DNA from: Macrostomum lignano
Lineage: Eukaryota
DNA length: 64,000 nt
Direction: 5' to 3'
Assembly: GCA_002269645.1 (NCBI GenBank)
Contig: NIVC01001141.1
Coordinates: 127,711 to 191,710 of the forward strand
The notes beneath the pieces are model-generated. The model was not told where the DNA came from. It did not search any database and was given only the letters and a program-made list of their open reading frames with translations. Both the position numbers and the translations under genes were made by a program. Within the stretch, counting starts at the first letter, position 1; every line of letters starts with the position of its first letter. Of the stretch, positions 46,016 to 58,085 are shown piece by piece.

Positions 46016-47864
46016 TTAACAAGAGTCGCCCAGCGGCTCGACCAGCCGGATGACCACCAGGCCGTGCTGGCCGGCGTTGCCGCCAGTGGTGCCGCTGCAG
46101 CCGCTGCCAGAGCAGAAGGAGCCGCCGCCACCTCCTGGAGGGCTCCCCGAGAAGCTGGTGGCGCCTCCGCTGAAGCCGCCGCCGGCCCCGGCAGCGCCCC
46201 AGTTGGGGATCGAAGTGCCGCCTCCTCCGCCGCCGCCGAACCCGCCGTCGCCGGTGTTGGAGCTGCCGGCGTCGCCGCCCAGCCAGCCTTCGGCCCGACT
46301 GCCGCCTCCGTCACCGTCGTCCGGTCCCCGCCTGGTGCACACCGGCTTCCCCAGCCAGCCGGCGCCGCAGCCAGCGAGGTTCTGGTTGCCGGTCATGGCG
46401 CTGGAGTTGTGGAAGCCCGGCTGTCCGTTGCTGCCGCCGTGGCTGTTTCCGCTCTGATTCGCGACGGAGCCGTTGACGCCGGCCTCTCCGGGCAGGCCTG
46501 TTGAAATTTTGGATTCGGCTTTTACCAGCTGCGTAGCAGTCAATTCTGAGATAAGCTCAAGCTGAGTGTACTCAAAGTGGAGTCCGTTTGAAGTTGGGGT
46601 GTTGTCAGAAATCTGAAGCTGGTGCTGTGTTCCCTATAGACCTATGTAATTTTACTGCACTCACCGTCCCTATGGTAGGTCCCAGCACCTCCACCTCCGG
46701 CTGCAGCCAGCAGCAGCCCGTCTGCCGTCCGGTACACGAAGCTGCCGCCGCCTCCGCCGCCACCTGCGTACAAGCTGCTGGGCGGACCGCCGGCCTGTCC
46801 GACCACGACACTCAGCTGGGTGCCGGCCGTCAGGTTGAAGGCGCCGGACACGAAGGCGCCGCTGCCGCCAGCCTTGCCTGAAAAGGAGTTGGTGCCGCCT
46901 CTGGCGCCCGACACTTCGATCCGGTAGCAGCCGGTCGAGGGGATCGTCACGGACTGGATGGAGCCGGCTGTGCCCGTGCCGCTGTCTGCAGTGAGAGAGG
47001 ACTCTATTCGCACTCAAGGTACGACACAGAATGGAAATACACCTGACCCACAGCAAGACACACCAATCCAACTGCCGGTGGGCAGCCAACAGAACAGCCG
47101 CTGCAATTTCGATCTCTGTGTGCAGTTTGTTCTGTGAAGGCACTCTGGGGATCGGAACCCTGCATTTCCTTCCTTCCCATTCAGCTGCGTACTAACTACG
47201 GCCAACTCAGCTTAACTTGCAGCTCTGGCAGTAAATGTGCTGACCCACTAGGCCAGCGAACTACAGTTACCTTAGCAAACATGGGCTTCTCCTCACTTCT
47301 CAGCTCAATGGTGACATTCAGCATCCTCTTCCTCATCAGCTCCGTGAAGTTCTCGGCCGTCCACAGCCTGGCGCCGGGCTCGGAGCCCACGAGTCTCTGC
47401 ACGTGAGTCCCGTCCGGTCCCGGCGCCTGAGACGCGTCGTTCAGCAGCAGCAGCTGGCAGGCGCGCGAGCTGGGGATGAGCGAAGCCAGCAGGCAGCCCT
47501 TCCGCTGGCACGCTGCCAGACACTCCAGCCGGGTCTGGACGCCGGTCAGGTTGACGAGTTCGCTGCTGGAGGCGTTGCCGATCAGGACGGATCCCTTTGC
47601 TTTAATGAAGCGGCCGTTTTGGTGGAGCTGGGCGCCTGTTGGTTGAAGGAGATTCGGCTTTTTGCAACCTGTGGCTCCTCCACCACAGCGCGGTTTTTAC
47701 GAGCTAACGGTGGTCTACCTCGAAAATGTTCAATTCTTAAAGTTTTACGGGTTTGGAAATCGACTTGACGCATTCACAGGGACTGCTTGTGCATTGTGCA
47801 AGAGAATCTCACCTATCACAGTAGCCGTGCAGCCGAAGAGCAGCGCTAGGAAGGCAGATCGCAT
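46016..47864 (-). CDS. Secreted protein: signal peptide, PAN/apple-like domain and ALK/LTK-type glycine-rich domain, about 397 aa; exons 47864-47813, 47635-47297, 46985-46665, 46497-46016
   Basis: MRSAFLALLFGCTATVIG signal; ECLAACQRKGC...CQL (PAN-like Cys pattern); IQSVTIPSTGCYRIEVSGARGG, VVVGQAGG, GGGGGGSFV, GGFGGGG and GLVVI are typical of the Gly-rich domain. All introns are phase 1 and total length is 1,194 nt. Confidence 0.8.
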
Positions 47865-49268
47865 TTCAAAATGCCTAGAATTTCTACTTTACAGTTCTTT
47901 TTTGTTTTAGACTTAAGCTCCTTTGTAAGTTTTCTTGAACTCAGCCTGCTCAGAGATTTAAGCTTTCAGGCTGTGAGAAGGTGCTTGGATTGATGGTGTT
48001 TTGTTGCCCTGAAGACCGATGAATGGCTGAGGATGGCTGGGCCATTTTCATTGGCTAAGTTGGGGCCAATTCTTTTGATCAGGTAGCAGCGATGCGCAAA
48101 TTTCCTTCTGTGTGTTGATTTTTCCGCAGCTCCGCAATGCCTCCGCTTGAGTGGCACAAAAAGCGTTCTGCAACCTAAGCTGAGTTGTCAATCTCTGAGA
48201 AGCAGAATCTCTATCTTCTAATTTGGGGTCGATCCTGAATAGTGACCTGGCCTTTATCATTCACAGGTGTTTACCGCACCCCTTTTAAACCAAGCAAGTT
48301 CGAGCTTAAGTTAGGAATCTCTGCCGCAAATCAAGGCGACAGTTGACGGCCCCATCAGCGAGGAAGCCGATTCCGCTGAGCCCTGAGCACCACACGCGCA
48401 CATTCCCATGAAGGTTGGCCCTCGTGCGGGAGAATCGCACAAGCCTGAAGGCAAACTTCTGTGCTATGAAAGCTATACTTCAGTAGCCTATGAGACTTCG
48501 GGTCTTGAAGTGGATTCTGCTGTCTTCCACGATTCTGAAACAAACATTGATTTGGCATCATCTTGCACACCTATCGTAAGGTTCTGGGAAGCGATTTTGC
48601 AACACATTAGTCCTCAAGTTGGCACGAGTGTAAGACTGAATTTTTTCTCTTTCCGTAAATTCAGTCTGCACAAAGGATTACTGATGGACGAGGATTTATC
48701 AGCGCCATTACCATGGAGACTGCTCTAAGCACTCTGATAAGTTGACTTTATTCTGGACTTGAGAGTCACCCTCGGTCGGTTAGAGATTCGACATGCAGTT
48801 GGAGAGGCATCTTGCAGACGCCTAAACCTCCTTGCTTGACGAGAAGACGGGCGCCTACAAGAGTAGCTTCAGAGCTTTTCCTGGTCAGCATCCAGACACG
48901 TGTGCTGAAACAGCTTCTGTCCAGTTGGCTTCTCCTGAGTTTTGGTTAAAAGCTTCCCTGGATTCATTTTGCCCACTTCAGACTTGCCTAATGGAAGCAC
49001 TGAGCTTTTAAATGCGCTGAGCAAGCCGCTGGGCCTTACTAAGTTCCTAGAAAAAAAATAATTGTAATATCTTGCTTTCTGGACTTCTAATGTACATGTA
49101 TGTTTACATTAGGCTTTTTTATGTTGATTCGAAGGCTGCCTACTAGTTAATTTTTTTAAATGTAAGAGGCGAGACATAAGCAATTTTTTTTAATCTGACT
49201 TCTGGGAAACTGCTAGAATTAGGGACAGTGGGTGTTAAACTTAATAATTGTTGTTAAAGGGGCGCCAA

Positions 49269-49472
49269 GGGGGCCGTAGCCCAGCGGTAGCGCAGCTGCT
49301 CTGGTGTGCCAGCGACCCAGGCTCGATTCCAAGTGCAGTCATTAATTTGGGGCTGAATTAGAATTTCGGCTTGGCTCTGCTCGTGCAATTAACGGCCTTG
49401 AGAGCCAACCCCCCAAGGCGCAGTGAAGTGTACATGCCTAACGATAAAATAAAGTTAGGGCCGCTGTACACT

Positions 49473-49529
<57 letters not shown>

Positions 49530-49622
49530 CTGCGTACGTATCCGCGCGCTTGTATGCCTGCTCAGGGGAGTCGGCGGAATGGGCAGTAATGCCTCTCGCT
49601 GGTTGTGTGCCATGTCGCTTAA
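49269..49622 (+). mobile_element. tRNA-derived SINE-like element with internal (TG)n
   Basis: tRNA-like head (A-box TAGCCCAGCGG, B-box-like GGCTCGATTCC), flanked by the 13-bp direct repeat AAAGGGGCGCCAA. Confidence 0.6.
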
Positions 49623-50861
49623 AAAGGGGCGCCAAATCAGTGGGCAGTAAAGTTTTGAGAGCCTATGTAGAACAATACATAACCCTTAAATTGCATCCGA
49701 TGAGCTTATATGACGTAAAAATTCGCCTCCGAAGAGCTTTCATTTGAAAGTTATGTCTTCCTTTCGCATACTAGCTGCATGGTGTCAAGAAATTCTGGCC
49801 TTAGTATAGGCCATAGTGCTCAATGTTGACGCACTCTTAGGACCACTCAGAATACTCGTATTTTACTATAAGATGCAATAATAGTCGAAGTCGAAGACGA
49901 TAGTTAATAGACAACGATTTTATGTTATATTTGCAGATATTTTCTGAACTTCTGAACTAAATTCAAACAAAACGCAGCCAAACTTTATGGATTCAAAAGT
50001 TTAAGAGTTTGTAACGGAATTTTCACTTTGGGGCTTTTCATACGAGCGTATTACCAATTCCAGAATCAGAATCGGTTCGGATCTTCCAAGAAAAACAGCA
50101 GTATAACTATTTAATTCTGTTGAATGTTTGACTGCCTTAACAACCTCACTTTGCACAATTTTTCACTTTCTTCTTGGCGATTGTCATTCAATAATAAAAA
50201 CTTTATAGCACATATCTCCCTCTAGTTATGGAGACAAAAAGTTATACTTCACAAATTGGTTCTGGTTCTGGAACCAGAACAAGCAATATGAAAAGGCCCT
50301 AGGTACGGTCTAACGCGGCGCGGCAGCTCAGCTCGCCGTGCTCCCGTCTAAACGCCATAATTTTAGTTGCTGTATTACCGACTAGACGGTCGTCAATAGG
50401 CTGAGCTAGGGCCTGCGCAAGTAGAAGAATTGGAAACTATGTTTCTTGGAAAATTTTGAATTTAGGAGGCCAGGTTTTTTTCAAAAAAATACATTACAGA
50501 AACAGGTTTTCATTTTTATAGGGCCTAGCTCTATTGATATTTTCTATACTATGCCTAAAAAAATAAAATGCATGGCATAGCTTTACTCATCATTTTTATA
50601 AATCTATTTATCTTTTCTATCTGTTATATAATATTGTTATAGTCAACTAGAGCCTCAGGCTAAGAATTATAAAATTGATTCATGAGATGAAACCAATGAG
50701 CCAAGCTTTTTTATTTTTTTGGTTTCAAGGCTATCAAGACTATAATACTATAGGCCTATAAATTATAAGTGCAATATATATTTAATAAAAAATAATTTTT
50801 TAAACAAAAAGCTTTTTAGAAAGTAATAGAACTAGAACTATAAAAAGGCAAATTATCTCAA

Positions 50862-52260
50862 ATGATAGGCCTAGTTAGGGCAAGCCCCTTGGCCCCCACT
50901 CTGGCAAATGTCTGCTTGGCCCACTGGGAAACCAAAAATTGGATGTCTCTTAACTATGCCCCCAAATTCTACAGGCACTACATCGATGATACGTTTGCTA
51001 TCTTAAATTTGATCAGGAGCAAAAAATTGATCAGTTCCTCCACGGCCCACGCTCTCAACTCCACTCATAAGAACATCAAATTCACGGTTGAACATGCTGT
51101 TGACCAGACTCCTATTCCTGGACATTGGCATTGACTACAGACAGTAAGGAAACCCTCTCCACAAAAGTCTTCCATAAGAAAAGCTTTACCAATCTCATTC
51201 TCAATTTCCAAGCCACTTGCCCCAGACAATGGAAAACTGGGCTTGTGAGGTGTTTGCTCCATAGGCATAGAGCTTTCACTACCTATAACACCTGGATCAA
51301 CTTTGACTGGGAGGTGCAGTTCCTTACCAGACTGTTCTATCAAAATGACTACCCCGTTTGTCTGGTTCAAAAAATCATCAACAAGTTCATCTCGGACAAA
51401 ATCACCAAACAAAAACCTAAGCAATCTGTTACCACTGAAGAATTTGAACCCATTCTGCGTCTCCCCTTCCTCGGACCTCCATCTCTAGCCTTGAAAAACA
51501 GAATGCATAGGTTATTCTTTGCCTCTTTCAATAGTAATATCCAGGTTGTCTTCTACATAAACAAGATTGGAAACTTTGTTAGCAGATTAAAGTTGCGTGT
51601 TCCTCGTACTCTGTGTGCAGGTGTTGTTTACCAATTTAACTGCTCTGTGGACCAGAGCGTCTCCTACGTGGGGAAAACCAAAAGACACCTACACACGAGG
51701 ATCAGGGAACACTGGCTCAAACCACCTGCTATACAAACTCACCTCTTTGAATGCACTAACTGCAATGACTGCAAACCAGAAGAACACTTTAAAATCATTG
51801 ACCAAAGCCATACTGATGCCAAACTTAGAATTCTCGAGGCCCTACACATAAAAGCTCAGTCCCCAAATCTCAACACCCAATTACAACATAATGGTGCAGG
51901 TCACGTTCTCTGCGTTTTCTGAACAGTGAGTGACACAAACGTGTATGCTGTGTACACTTAACTTGACGTTCATTTACTTAAGCTACCACCCCTGATTCTG
52001 CCTTTTGACCACTGAACAAGAATTGTGTACTTTTGGTTTATTTTCAATCTTAATCTATAATTTTCTCTCCTACCTACCTATGTATGTTGTTAAAGCCAAG
52101 TTGTAATCAATTGTTTTCAATCTTACCCTCCTTATCTATGTACGTTGCAAAAACCAATATTTAATCAATTGTTTTCAATCTCACTTTCTCAAATTGTTCT
52201 AATAAAATCCTAACGATGCACAATGGTGTGCAAAGTTGTTAGAAATTGCAATCATATTCA
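50862..52260 (+). mobile_element. Degenerate Penelope-like retroelement (RT C-terminus plus GIY-YIG)
   Basis: SPLAPTLAN, YRHYIDDTF, GVVYQFNC..YVGKTKRHLHTRIREH and ILEALHIK; frameshifted. Confidence 0.9.
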
Positions 52261-52942
52261 AATATTGATATTAAGCTTTCTAAAATGCTAATAGGTTTTG
52301 TTCATCTCTTGTCATATTTAATTGCTGATTAAGTGGCAGTTTTGGTTGTCAACTCAGATTCAGTTCCAAATCAGTAGGATTTGGAGCTCCTCATAGGTGA
52401 CTGGCCTTGGGATATGATCAGTTAAGTTTAATGTTTGGCATCTATTAGTAGGATTTGTTGGTGCAGCTTCGGCTGTGGTGGCATGGTTTGGGGTCTGGAG
52501 CTCCTTCTATATGATCGCTACTTAGACCAATTGCCATGTTGTTGAGGTGCCTAAAGGTCAATCTTTGTCAATGGCTTTGGCATCATTATTGTTGGATTTA
52601 GATTTGTCAGCAGATGATAAGGTGTAGCAGCTGTCAGCATTGCTGCTGAACCTCACTCTCTTAAACACCAGATAGCAAGCAGGTTGGCAGCGGTTGTCAC
52701 TGGCTATGCTATGGTCCCAGTCCTTGTCACCTTCAGCTAGTAGATGGTGGCTCCTAGTAAGGCAACATGTTGTGCTGCTAAAGCTAGTAAATAACCTCTG
52801 CATGTCTCGATAATGGCTGGCAGATGGCCTTGGCTTTGTTGCCGGCAGGTGCAGCACTGTCAGTGGTTTGCTGTCAGCTGTTGATGATGTTGGCAACATA
52901 GCCTTGCCATTGGACTCCTTCAATGTTGCCTCAGTAGTAGAC

Positions 52943-52966
52943 TAGGGTTAGGGTTAGGGTTAGGGT
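52943..52966 (+). repeat. Short interstitial telomere-like tract (TAGGGT)x4
   Basis: Seen directly. Confidence 0.7.
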
Positions 52967-53627
52967 ATTACAATATTATAAATATTATGTTTCTATAAGG
53001 TAGGCCTACAGTTTAAAGTTATTGTTATTGCTTTTATAAAATCTTCATTTTTTAATGAGTAAGTCCCTCTATTATAATAAATAGTAAATATTTCTTAATA
53101 TCTATTTAAAATATTTTGAGTTTTTTGTTAGTTCTAGGCTAGAAATACTGATATCATATATGCAATTTCTAAAATTATATTATACTTGTCATGTGGATTA
53201 GTTTTGACTAAAAATATGGTAAGAGTTTTTATTAAACATTATTTGCAAAGTTTTTTATCATAATAGTCCCTAGTAGTACTTTCTTAGCCCTAATTTAGAG
53301 ATTTGAACAGTATTATTTCTTTGTATTATCATTTGTTAAGCTTTGGATTTTATAATTAATATAAAGTCTATAATTATATCTTATATTCATTGAGCTAATA
53401 GCTTAGACCTGAGATTTTTTAAAAAAATAAAAAATAATATAAATTTATATTGATACACTGTTTGATTGAAACAAATGCAATCATTGAGAATTTTTTTAGC
53501 CTGCTTAATCTATTTTAATAGACGAATTAACTGAATATAAGCATTAGTTTAAATGTTAACTAGAGCAATGAGAGAACAAATGGGGTTGCAGGCCCAGGAC
53601 TAAAAAATTCTATGAAGGCAAGGTGCA

Positions 53628-53772
53628 AGAGTATTAGTGTAAGAGTATTGGTACAAGAGTATTGGTACAAGAGTATTGGTACAAGAGTATTGGTACAAGA
53701 GTATTGGTACAAGAGTATTAGTGTAAGAGTATTGGTACAAGAGTATTGGTACAAGAGTATTGGTACAAGAGT
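53628..53772. repeat. 15-bp minisatellite (CAAGAGTATTGGTAC-type)
   Basis: Direct periodicity. Confidence 0.9.
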
Positions 53773-53984
53773 AAAGCTAATAAGTCATAACAAGCATACA
53801 GTCATTCTCAGTTTAGTCAATTAAGGTGCAAGCAAGCTCAGTGTTGCCTCAATATTTTTTAATCAATTGCCCTTTGTAAATTCACAGTTAAAAAATAGAA
53901 AACGTAAATGTCTGATTTTATACACATTCTGACAGCTTGATTGAGAGCCAACCTGGAAACTGAGATGTCAATCACCTTCTGCAG

Positions 53985-54538
53985 CTCCAGGCAATGCCAG
54001 CAACTGGCCAGAAGCAGCAGTTTGCCAACCTCTTGTGCGAGTACTGCGGCGATGAGCCCGCTGCAGTGGCCTGCTCTGCGCCCCGCTGCAAGCGCCTCTG
54101 CTGCGCCTGCGACGCTGTCTGGCATGGCCACCCGAGCGCCGCAGCCACCGCGCCACCCGCAAGGAGATCCCCCAGGCTGCCTCGAGCTCTACGCGCCATC
54201 AGTCGGCTCGGCTCAAGGCTGAGGACGCCCCGTGTCCAGCGTGCACTCTGCTGAACCCGCCCGATGCCCACAGTTGCCGCTTGTGCAACACTCCGCTGCC
54301 ACCGCGAGCGGCTGGTGCCGATGTTGCCCACCTGGAAGGTGTCGACCTGCGCGCCAGCATGATGGCGCAGGAGCGGCGCCAGCTGGCGCTGGTCAACCGG
54401 CTGCACCAAGAGTACCGAAGCCTGGCTTCTGGCAAGCACCTGGAGTGCCGGGGTTCGGCCTCTGATAAGCACCTGGAGTACCGGGGCTTGGCCTCCGACA
54501 AGCACCTGGAATACCGGGGCCTGACCTTCCAAAAATAA
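53985..54538 (+). CDS. Terminal exon encoding a B-box-like zinc finger plus a RanBP2/NZF finger (HOIP/RNF31-like N-terminal module); 5' exons not identified
   Basis: CEYCGDEPAAVACSAPRCKRLCCACDAVWHGHPS resembles the HOIP B-box (C..CD..FHGHPSR). After a 1-nt correction near 54137 it continues into CPACTLLNPPDAHSCRLCNTP. Confidence 0.65.
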
Positions 54539-55175
54539 ATTTTAATGCGTTTATCGAATCGTGTTTTCGTAGCCAACAGATCGTTTTGGTTTGTTTGCCG
54601 ATCTGCTCTGGTGACTTGCAGTTGTGCAATAATGAAATCCAACCGTTTCTGTTTCAATGACATTGTTCTGCTTTCATTCAGTACCTTTGACCCGGTGTCG
54701 CATTTTATGCTCACAAAGCAGATTTTTCTATATTTATTCGGGAGTGCTTAAAAGTATCCCTTTATTGCTCCAGTTTACCTTAGCGTTACCGTTGCCTCAC
54801 TGGTTGCATTATATTCTATCCGGCTTGATGTCAGTCTGTTTTTGGTTATTTTCTCAGTTTTATAATACAAGCATTTGCTACCAATTGAACCGAATTGAAG
54901 TTTGTTACTTTATCAACTTTTTGACTGCTTATTAGCCTAAATTTTACCTGTCAACGAATGAGACTACTTCTAATTTAGTTTGTAAGTAGTAGCTTAGCAA
55001 ATTATGCTAGGGGACAGGGTAGCTCAGCGGTAAATTTCGCTAACTTTCTCACGCTACGAACCCTGGTTGTTTGACCGCCCCCTGATAATAATATTATTAT
55101 TTGTACTCGTAGTAGTAGTAACTTATGTTGAAAATATAACAAAATTTCTGTCTGGCAACTGCTGCTGATTGCCCA

Positions 55176-56284
55176 ATGACTAGCAGCGCTACAGTGGTGC
55201 TGGCCACCTCGGCCGAGACCTTCGAGTCCGCCCTGGCCTCCGCCAAGCCGGGCGGCCTCTGCCTGCTGCACTTCAGAGCTGACTGGGCGGCCCAGTGCGT
55301 CCAGATGTCGCTGGTGATGGACGAGCTGGCCAAGGAGCCGGCCTACTCAGCTGTCACTTTTGTCAATGTGGAGGCTGAACAGGTGAGCTGTGCGGAGCTG
55401 CTTGCTGGTCAAAGTGAGTCGCAAAATCCATTTGATTCAATCAAATCGCATGCAGGTGCCGCAGGTAACCAGCAGGTTTGGCGTCCTGGCGGTGCCCACC
55501 TTTCTGCTTGTGCGCAGGGCGGCTGAGAGCCAGCAGCCGCAAGTTATGGACCGCCTGAACGGTGCTGACCCGCGGCCCTGGCCGCCAAGCTCTCGGCCGC
55601 TGTGTCCGCCACCGCCCCGGCTACCGGCGGGGACGTCGCCGCGGCGCCAAAAGAGACGCAGGCGCAGCTGGAGGCCCGCCTGAAGTCGCTGCTGACCCGC
55701 TCGCCAGTCTTGCTGTTCATGAAAGGCTCGCCAGACGCGCCTCGCTGCGGCTTCAGCCGGCAGATCGTGGAGCTGCTGCGGAAGCACGCCGAGGTGGCGC
55801 CTTTCGACCACTTCGATATCCTCACCGACCAGGCCGTGCGAGAGGGCTTGAAGAAGCTGAGCAACTGGCCAACCTACCCGCAGCTGTACGCAGCCGGCGA
55901 GTTGCTGGGCGGTCTCGACGTTGTTCGCGAGATGGACGAGGCCGGCGAGCTGGGCCCCGCGCTGAAAGCCGCCGTGACGGCCCGCCTGGAGAAGCTGGTC
56001 AAGGCCGCGCCAGTCATGCTGTTCATGAAAGGCTCGCCAGACGCGCCCGCTGCGGCTTCAGCCGGCAGATCGTGGAGCTGCTGCGCTCCGAGGGCGTCCA
56101 GTTCGGCCACTTCGACATCCTGCAGGACAATTCCGTGCGAGAGGGCCTGAAGAAGTTCAGCAACTGGCCGACCTTCCCGCAGCTGTACGCTGATGGGCAG
56201 CTGTTGGGCGGCCTGGATATTGTGCGGGAGATGCAGCAGGCCGGTGAACTCAAGGAGTCCCTGCCGGCCAGTTGCCGAGCTTAG
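55176..56284 (+). CDS. GLRX3: Glutaredoxin-3 (PICOT): thioredoxin domain plus two monothiol Grx domains; intron 55383-55455
   Basis: WAAQC Trx-like motif; two [15 protein letters not shown]...SNWPT(Y/F)PQLY..GGLD repeats; apparent 1-nt deletions near 55570 and 56047. Confidence 0.95.
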
Positions 56285-57234
56285 GGGAAGCCATGAGTTG
56301 CCAGCGACTTCAGACTTGGCTGAACTGGGCTTAGATTGGGTTTTCATACAGTCCGCCATGGCAACACTTTGATGCGTAGATCATTTCTGTAAACTTCGAA
56401 TATCCCGGTTGCCATGGCGAACTTCAGCTAACTAGCAAGATGGATTGATTTCCAACAATAGACTCTGCTTTGACCACCTGGTTTGCGCCTTGGTTTGCAT
56501 GGCAATATCAGCAATATTGTGACCGTAGTGTTCTGGACTAGCAGGACCATCTGAGAGCGGTTCAGCACTCTCTTACCGTGTTAATTTGCTTCAGTGTTCG
56601 ATGCTTTTACTAAAGAAACTCGGGGTTCAGAATGGAACTCTGTGTGTTTGCTAGTTACCAGCCTCATTCTTTAAACCTTCCGTGACTTTTATTTGCTTCA
56701 TTCTTTGTCCGTTACATTGAGTTCTAATTAATACTCTGGCCAGCAGTCTGGCAGCCTTAGGGCACCTCGGCTGGCGCGGGTCGATCGATGCCTCCCCCCA
56801 GCAAGTCTCAGCTCCCGCCCGCTGGTCGGACAAAATCGATTTCTGGGCCTCATGGAAACGGGCAGAAAACTTCATCAGCTGCCACTAAAAATTGATCGCG
56901 CCCCTTCGATCGATTCTTCAGAAAGGCCAGCGTTTTTAGATAGCGGATACAGACGTGTGGCTCCATTTGGCCTGTTTCAAAAACATTTTCAGCAACATAG
57001 GAACATTGAGATGGCTACAATAGATTACTATCGTCAGCTGCAATGAGCTTGAGTGTAAGGAAAGTCTTCACGAGTCTCTTGGCGAAATTCAATGCAGTCA
57101 TTTTATCATCATCCAGCACTGGCAAGCACATTATTCATATTTTGCAAGCACATTATCACTTAGCCGAATGACATTTATTATACGAGCAACGGAAATAACA
57201 TAAATTTCAATTTGTCATCGTGACGAGTTCGCCA

Positions 57235-58085
57235 TTACTTGTCAAAGTCAGAGCCCTCGTCACGCAGCTTTTGCTGCACAGCCCGGAAGAACTGCTCTCC
57301 GTCGCGCTCGGCAAACTTAAGCATGTCCTGCTGCGCCGCCTTGGCGAAGGCCGGATCCAGCTCCTTAAGCTCGCGGCCCGTCTGCATGGCCAGCAGCTGG
57401 TACATGGCGCAGCGCTCCAAGTAGTAGGAGTAGTGGAAGGCCATGGCCGCGGTTCCCGCTAGTACCAGGTAGCCGTGGTTGGCCATCATCAGGCAGGTCT
57501 TGTCAGGTGCCAGGCAGGAAGCCAGCCGAGCGCCCTCTGAGTCCTGGACGGAGACGCCGCTGTAGTCCAGATCGTAGGCGATGCTGCTGAGAAAGTACAG
57601 GCAGTTCTGGTGCACCATGCGCAGTCGGGAGTCCTGTAGGCAGCTGAGGGCGGTGGCGTACGGACTGTGCAGGTGGAAGACCGCCTTGGCCTCGGGCCGG
57701 GCCTCGTGCAGCGGTCGGTGGATTGTGGCCGCGGACGTCTCGGCGCGACCGTTGCCCTCCACTACCCGACCTGCAGCGTCGAGGCCGACCAGGTCGGAGG
57801 CGCGCACGCGGGACCAGTGCAGGCCGTAGGGCACCAGCAGCATCAGCTCGGCTCCGGAGCCGTCAGCCGATGGCGTCATCAGGCTGAGATGGTTGCAGAT
57901 GCCCTCGTTGTAGCCCAGCTGGTCCAGGGCCCTGTAGGCTGCCGCCAGGTCCACCCTGGCTTGCCAGTTCTGCTGAGCCGCTGTTGTGGCGCACCGTTCT
58001 CGCTGAGCTGGCGGATGCCGGTGGCCACCGGCTGCAACAGCAGGCGGCACCGCGTCCAGCCGTTGCGTACTGCTGCAGTCAACAT
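57235..58085 (-). CDS. Class II aldolase/adducin-head family protein, intronless, with a probable transit peptide
   Basis: RVDLAAAYR, EGICNHLS, IHRPLH, VFHLHSPYATALS and MANHG (metal-binding His retained). The N-terminus MLTAAVRNGWTRCRLLLQPVATGIRQLS joins via an apparent 1-nt deletion near 57989. Confidence 0.88.

Noticed and set aside
48400-49015. Possible plus-strand exons (ETSGLEVDSAVFHD...; LDEKTGAYKSSFRAF...)
   Set aside because: Protein-like, but no coherent model or family could be supported.
49269-49340. Functional tRNA gene
   Set aside because: Acceptor and anticodon stems do not pair properly, and it sits within direct repeats like a SINE.
52943-52966. Telomere-healing or fusion scar
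   Set aside because: Only four units with no other rearrangement evidence; may be a microsatellite-like motif within an AT-rich repeat.
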